From: Alphaproteobacteria bacterium
GTDB taxonomy: Bacteria > Pseudomonadota > Alphaproteobacteria > Caulobacterales > Parvularculaceae
Assembly: GCA_030433215.1 (NCBI GenBank)
Contig: JAUIMC010000009.1
Coordinates: 62,849-126,848 of the forward strand
Direction: 5' to 3'
DNA: 64,000 bases
Shown: positions 61,510-64,000 of the stretch, piece by piece
How the letters are laid out: the number at the start of each line of letters is the position of its first letter
Position numbering within the stretch: position 1 is the stretch's first letter
Position numbers and translations under genes: made by a program
The notes under the pieces: generated by a model
The model's database searches: none
The model's input: only the letters and a program-made list of their open reading frames with translations
Told to the model about the DNA's origin: nothing

Positions 61510-64000
61510 ATGGATGCGCGCAACGACATTGCGGCGCTCTCGGTCAAGCGCCCGCTGCTTGTCACAGTCCTCAATCTGCTGATCGTGCTTGCGGGGCTGG
61601 CGGCGCTGTTCGGGGTTGAAATCCGCGAATTGCCCGATGTGGACCGGCCCGTGGTGTCGGTGAGCGCCAGTCTTCCCGGCGCGGCGCCGGAAACCATGGA
61701 CGCTGAGGTGACGAGCGTTCTCGAAGGCGCGGCGGCGCGGGTCTCGGGCGTGCGCGAGATCCGCTCTTCAAGCGAGGAAAACAATTCGCGCATCCATGTG
61801 GAATTCAATCCGGGCGTCAATCTCGATATTGCGGCGGCGGATGTGCGCGAAGCGATCAGCCAGGTCACGCGCGATTTGCCGGACCGGGTCGAGCAGCTGG
61901 CCATCCGCAAGTCGGACGAAGACGCCGACCCGATCATCGACCTTGCGGTGAAAAGCAGCGTCTATGACGAGGAGTCGCTGACGCGCATTATCGATCAGGA
62001 CATTTTGCCTGAATTGCTGGCCGTCGAGGGCGTCGCCAGCGTCGAGCCCTTCGGCGCGCGCGAGCGCCAGCTTCATGTCGTGGTCGATCCTTTAAGGCTG
62101 AGCCGTTTCAACCTGACGGTGAGCGATGTCGCCGGCGCCCTGCAAGGCGCGCCTTTCGACGTGCCCGTGGGCAGTTTCCGGTCGGAGGATCAGGAACTCA
62201 TCGTTCGCGCCGAAGCGACCGCCGCGACGCCGGAACGCGTCGAAGAAGTGATCATTGCCGGCGACATCAGCATCGGCGATGTTGCGGACGCTTATTTCGC
62301 GCCGGCGGATGCGAGCAGCTTTGTCCGGCTCGACGATGAGCCGATCATCGGTCTCGGCGTTGTCCGCCAGGCCCAGTCGAACACCATCAATATCTCCAAC
62401 GCCGTGACCCGCCGGGTCGAGCGGTTGAACGAACGCCTGGAAGGTCTCGAGATTGTTGTCACGTCGGACGATGCGGTCTTTATCCGCGATTCCGTCAGCG
62501 AGGTGCTGATCACGCTTTGCTTTACGATCCTGATCGTCGTCGCGACGATCTGGCTGTTTTTCGGATCATGGAAAGCGACGCTGGCGCCGGGCGTCGCCAT
62601 TCCGGTCTCCCTCATCGGAACCGTGGCCGGCATCTGGATGCTCGGCTTTTCCATCAATCTCTTGACGCTGCTTGCGCTTGTCCTTGCGACAGGCCTCATC
62701 GTCGACGACGCCATCGTGGTGCTCGAAAACATTCAGCGCAAGCAGTCTCAGGGCGTTCGCTCCAAGGCCGCCGCAGTGCTTGGCTCGCGGCAGGTCCTGT
62801 TCGCGGTGATTGCCACGACGGCGGTTCTGGTCTCGGTCTTCGTGCCGATCTCCCTGCTGCCGTCGACGGCGGGGCGGCTTTTCCGGGAATTCGGCTTCGT
62901 CCTGGCGCTGTCGGTCATTCTTTCTTCGTTCGTGGCCTTGTCGCTGACCCCGGCCATCGCGGCGCGGCTCGATCTCAAACCCGCATCCTCCGACCGCAAC
63001 CGCGTTGAAAAAATCGGCGGCCGGATTCAGTCAACCTATGACAGGCTTTTGAGCGCCGCTCTCGACAAGCCGTTCATCGCCGGCGGCGTCTCGCTGCTCG
63101 TGGGCGCTATTGCGGTCTGGACCTATCTGACCTTGCCGCAGGAACTGGTGCCGGAAGAAGACCGCGGCGCCGTTTATGTTTTCGCCACCGGACCTGACGG
63201 GGTGGGGCTCGACTACATGGAGCGCCAAGCGGACCAGATAGAAGCCGTGTTGCAGCCTCTTGTCGACAGCGGCGAAGTGGAATCGATCTATACGATTGTC
63301 GGCCGATACGATCCGAACCGGGTCGGAGTCACCGCCAAGCTCGTCCCCTGGAGCGAGCGCGACAGAAGCCAGCAGGACATCATCGCCGCCCTGCAGCCGC
63401 AGATGTCGGAAATTCCGGGCTCTCGCGTCAGCGTCTTCGGGCGCGGCAGTCTCGATATCGGCGGCGGGCGCAGCGGCCTTGAAGTCGCGCTCACCGGCGC
63501 GACCTATGACCGGATTTACGAAAACGCGCGGGCGCTTTCCGACGCCATCGAGACGCGCTCGGATATTCTCTCCAATCCGGAGATTTCCTATCAGCCGACG
63601 CAGCCGCAACTTTCCGTGCAGATCGACCGGCGCCGGGCCGCCGATCTCGGCGTGCCCCTGAATGAGCTGTCGACGACCTTGCGCGCCATGGTCGGCGGCG
63701 ACGAGATTGTCGACCTTAATGTCGGCGATCAGGCGATCCCGATCTTCCTGAAATCGCGCTCCCGGGCGATCACCAGTCCCGCAGACCTGCAAAATCTCTT
63801 TGTGCGCAATGAAGACGGAGATCTCATCCCGCTGTCGAGCCTGACCAGGATCGTCGAGGAGGGCGTCGCTGCGGAGCTCGACCGCACCGAACAGCGCCGC
63901 GCCATCGAGGTGGAAGCCGACATCGCGCAGGGAACGGCGCTGGCCGATGCTGTCGCCGAAATCCAGCGGCTTGGCCGCGCGGTCATGACCGACGATGTGG
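61510..64000 (+). CDS. RND efflux permease, AcrB/MdtB family (partial, runs off right edge)
   Basis: Manual translation from ATG 61510: MDARNDIAALSVKRPLLVTVLNLLIVLAG...RELPDVDRP...GAAPETM; later GFSINLLTLLALVLATGLIVDDAIVVLENI. Confidence 0.92.
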   Translation, partial: MDARNDIAALSVKRPLLVTVLNLLIVLAGLAALFGVEIRELPDVDRPVVSVSASLPGAAPETMDAEVTSVLEGAAARVSGVREIRSSSEENNSRIHVEFNPGVNLDIAAADVREAISQVTRDLPDRVEQLAIRKSDEDADPIIDLAVKSSVYDEESLTRIIDQDILPELLAVEGVASVEPFGARERQLHVVVDPLRLSRFNLTVSDVAGALQGAPFDVPVGSFRSEDQELIVRAEATAATPERVEEVIIAGDISIGDVADAYFAPADASSFVRLDDEPIIGLGVVRQAQSNTINISNAVTRRVERLNERLEGLEIVVTSDDAVFIRDSVSEVLITLCFTILIVVATIWLFFGSWKATLAPGVAIPVSLIGTVAGIWMLGFSINLLTLLALVLATGLIVDDAIVVLENIQRKQSQGVRSKAAAVLGSRQVLFAVIATTAVLVSVFVPISLLPSTAGRLFREFGFVLALSVILSSFVALSLTPAIAARLDLKPASSDRNRVEKIGGRIQSTYDRLLSAALDKPFIAGGVSLLVGAIAVWTYLTLPQELVPEEDRGAVYVFATGPDGVGLDYMERQADQIEAVLQPLVDSGEVESIYTIVGRYDPNRVGVTAKLVPWSERDRSQQDIIAALQPQMSEIPGSRVSVFGRGSLDIGGGRSGLEVALTGATYDRIYENARALSDAIETRSDILSNPEISYQPTQPQLSVQIDRRRAADLGVPLNELSTTLRAMVGGDEIVDLNVGDQAIPIFLKSRSRAITSPADLQNLFVRNEDGDLIPLSSLTRIVEEGVAAELDRTEQRRAIEVEADIAQGTALADAVAEIQRLGRAVMTDDV

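Noticed and set aside
2067-64000. Long direct repeat of the tRNA-Ser 3' end (tyrosine-integrase-type attR)
   Set aside because: None seen by eye; only a 6-nt CCGCCA match at ~18698. No tyrosine integrase is present.
1-64000. CRISPR array, intact prophage or anti-phage defence system
   Set aside because: No regularly spaced repeat-spacer array, no capsid/portal/tail genes and no recognisable defence genes. The TTCCCTG cluster is irregular and short.

Overview
Alphaproteobacterial chromosome window, mostly accessory DNA. (1) 1-2066: core genes (partial DUF4105-like gene, terC, small membrane protein) and tRNA-Ser(GGA). (2) About 2067-18703: a tRNA-anchored integrative element. It carries a large serine recombinase, DUF2924, DUF3489 and a terminase fragment cut by an IS3 element. 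Its visibly AT-richer cargo is an AraC regulator, a TonB-dependent receptor, an esterase-cyclophilin fusion, a Spinster MFS, a Tat esterase, a metallo-amidohydrolase and a D-2-hydroxyacid dehydrogenase. A TTCCCTG repeat cluster marks the likely right end. (3) 18770-26269: an amide/omega-amino-acid catabolic block (CocE/NonD, DmpA, class III transaminase, amidase, PuuR-like regulator). (4) 27102-60018: the most interesting part, a ~33 kb GC-rich, largely periplasm-targeted aromatic-dimer catabolic system. It has a TBDR, two Tat-exported LigW-like decarboxylases, a close LsdA (lignostilbene dioxygenase) homologue, two lipoprotein PQQ/heme-c dehydrogenases, two SMP-30-type propellers, an aromatic-acid MFS and two FeaR-like AraC regulators. 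It also has 12 SnoaL/NTF2-like domains in 11 genes, including an A-B-C triplet present twice (cytoplasmic and secreted), a CxxxCL protein pair present both split and fused, and a complete dhaKLM-HPr-EI module. (5) 60392-end: RND efflux MFP plus a partial permease. Family calls come from motif recognition by eye; no database search was run.
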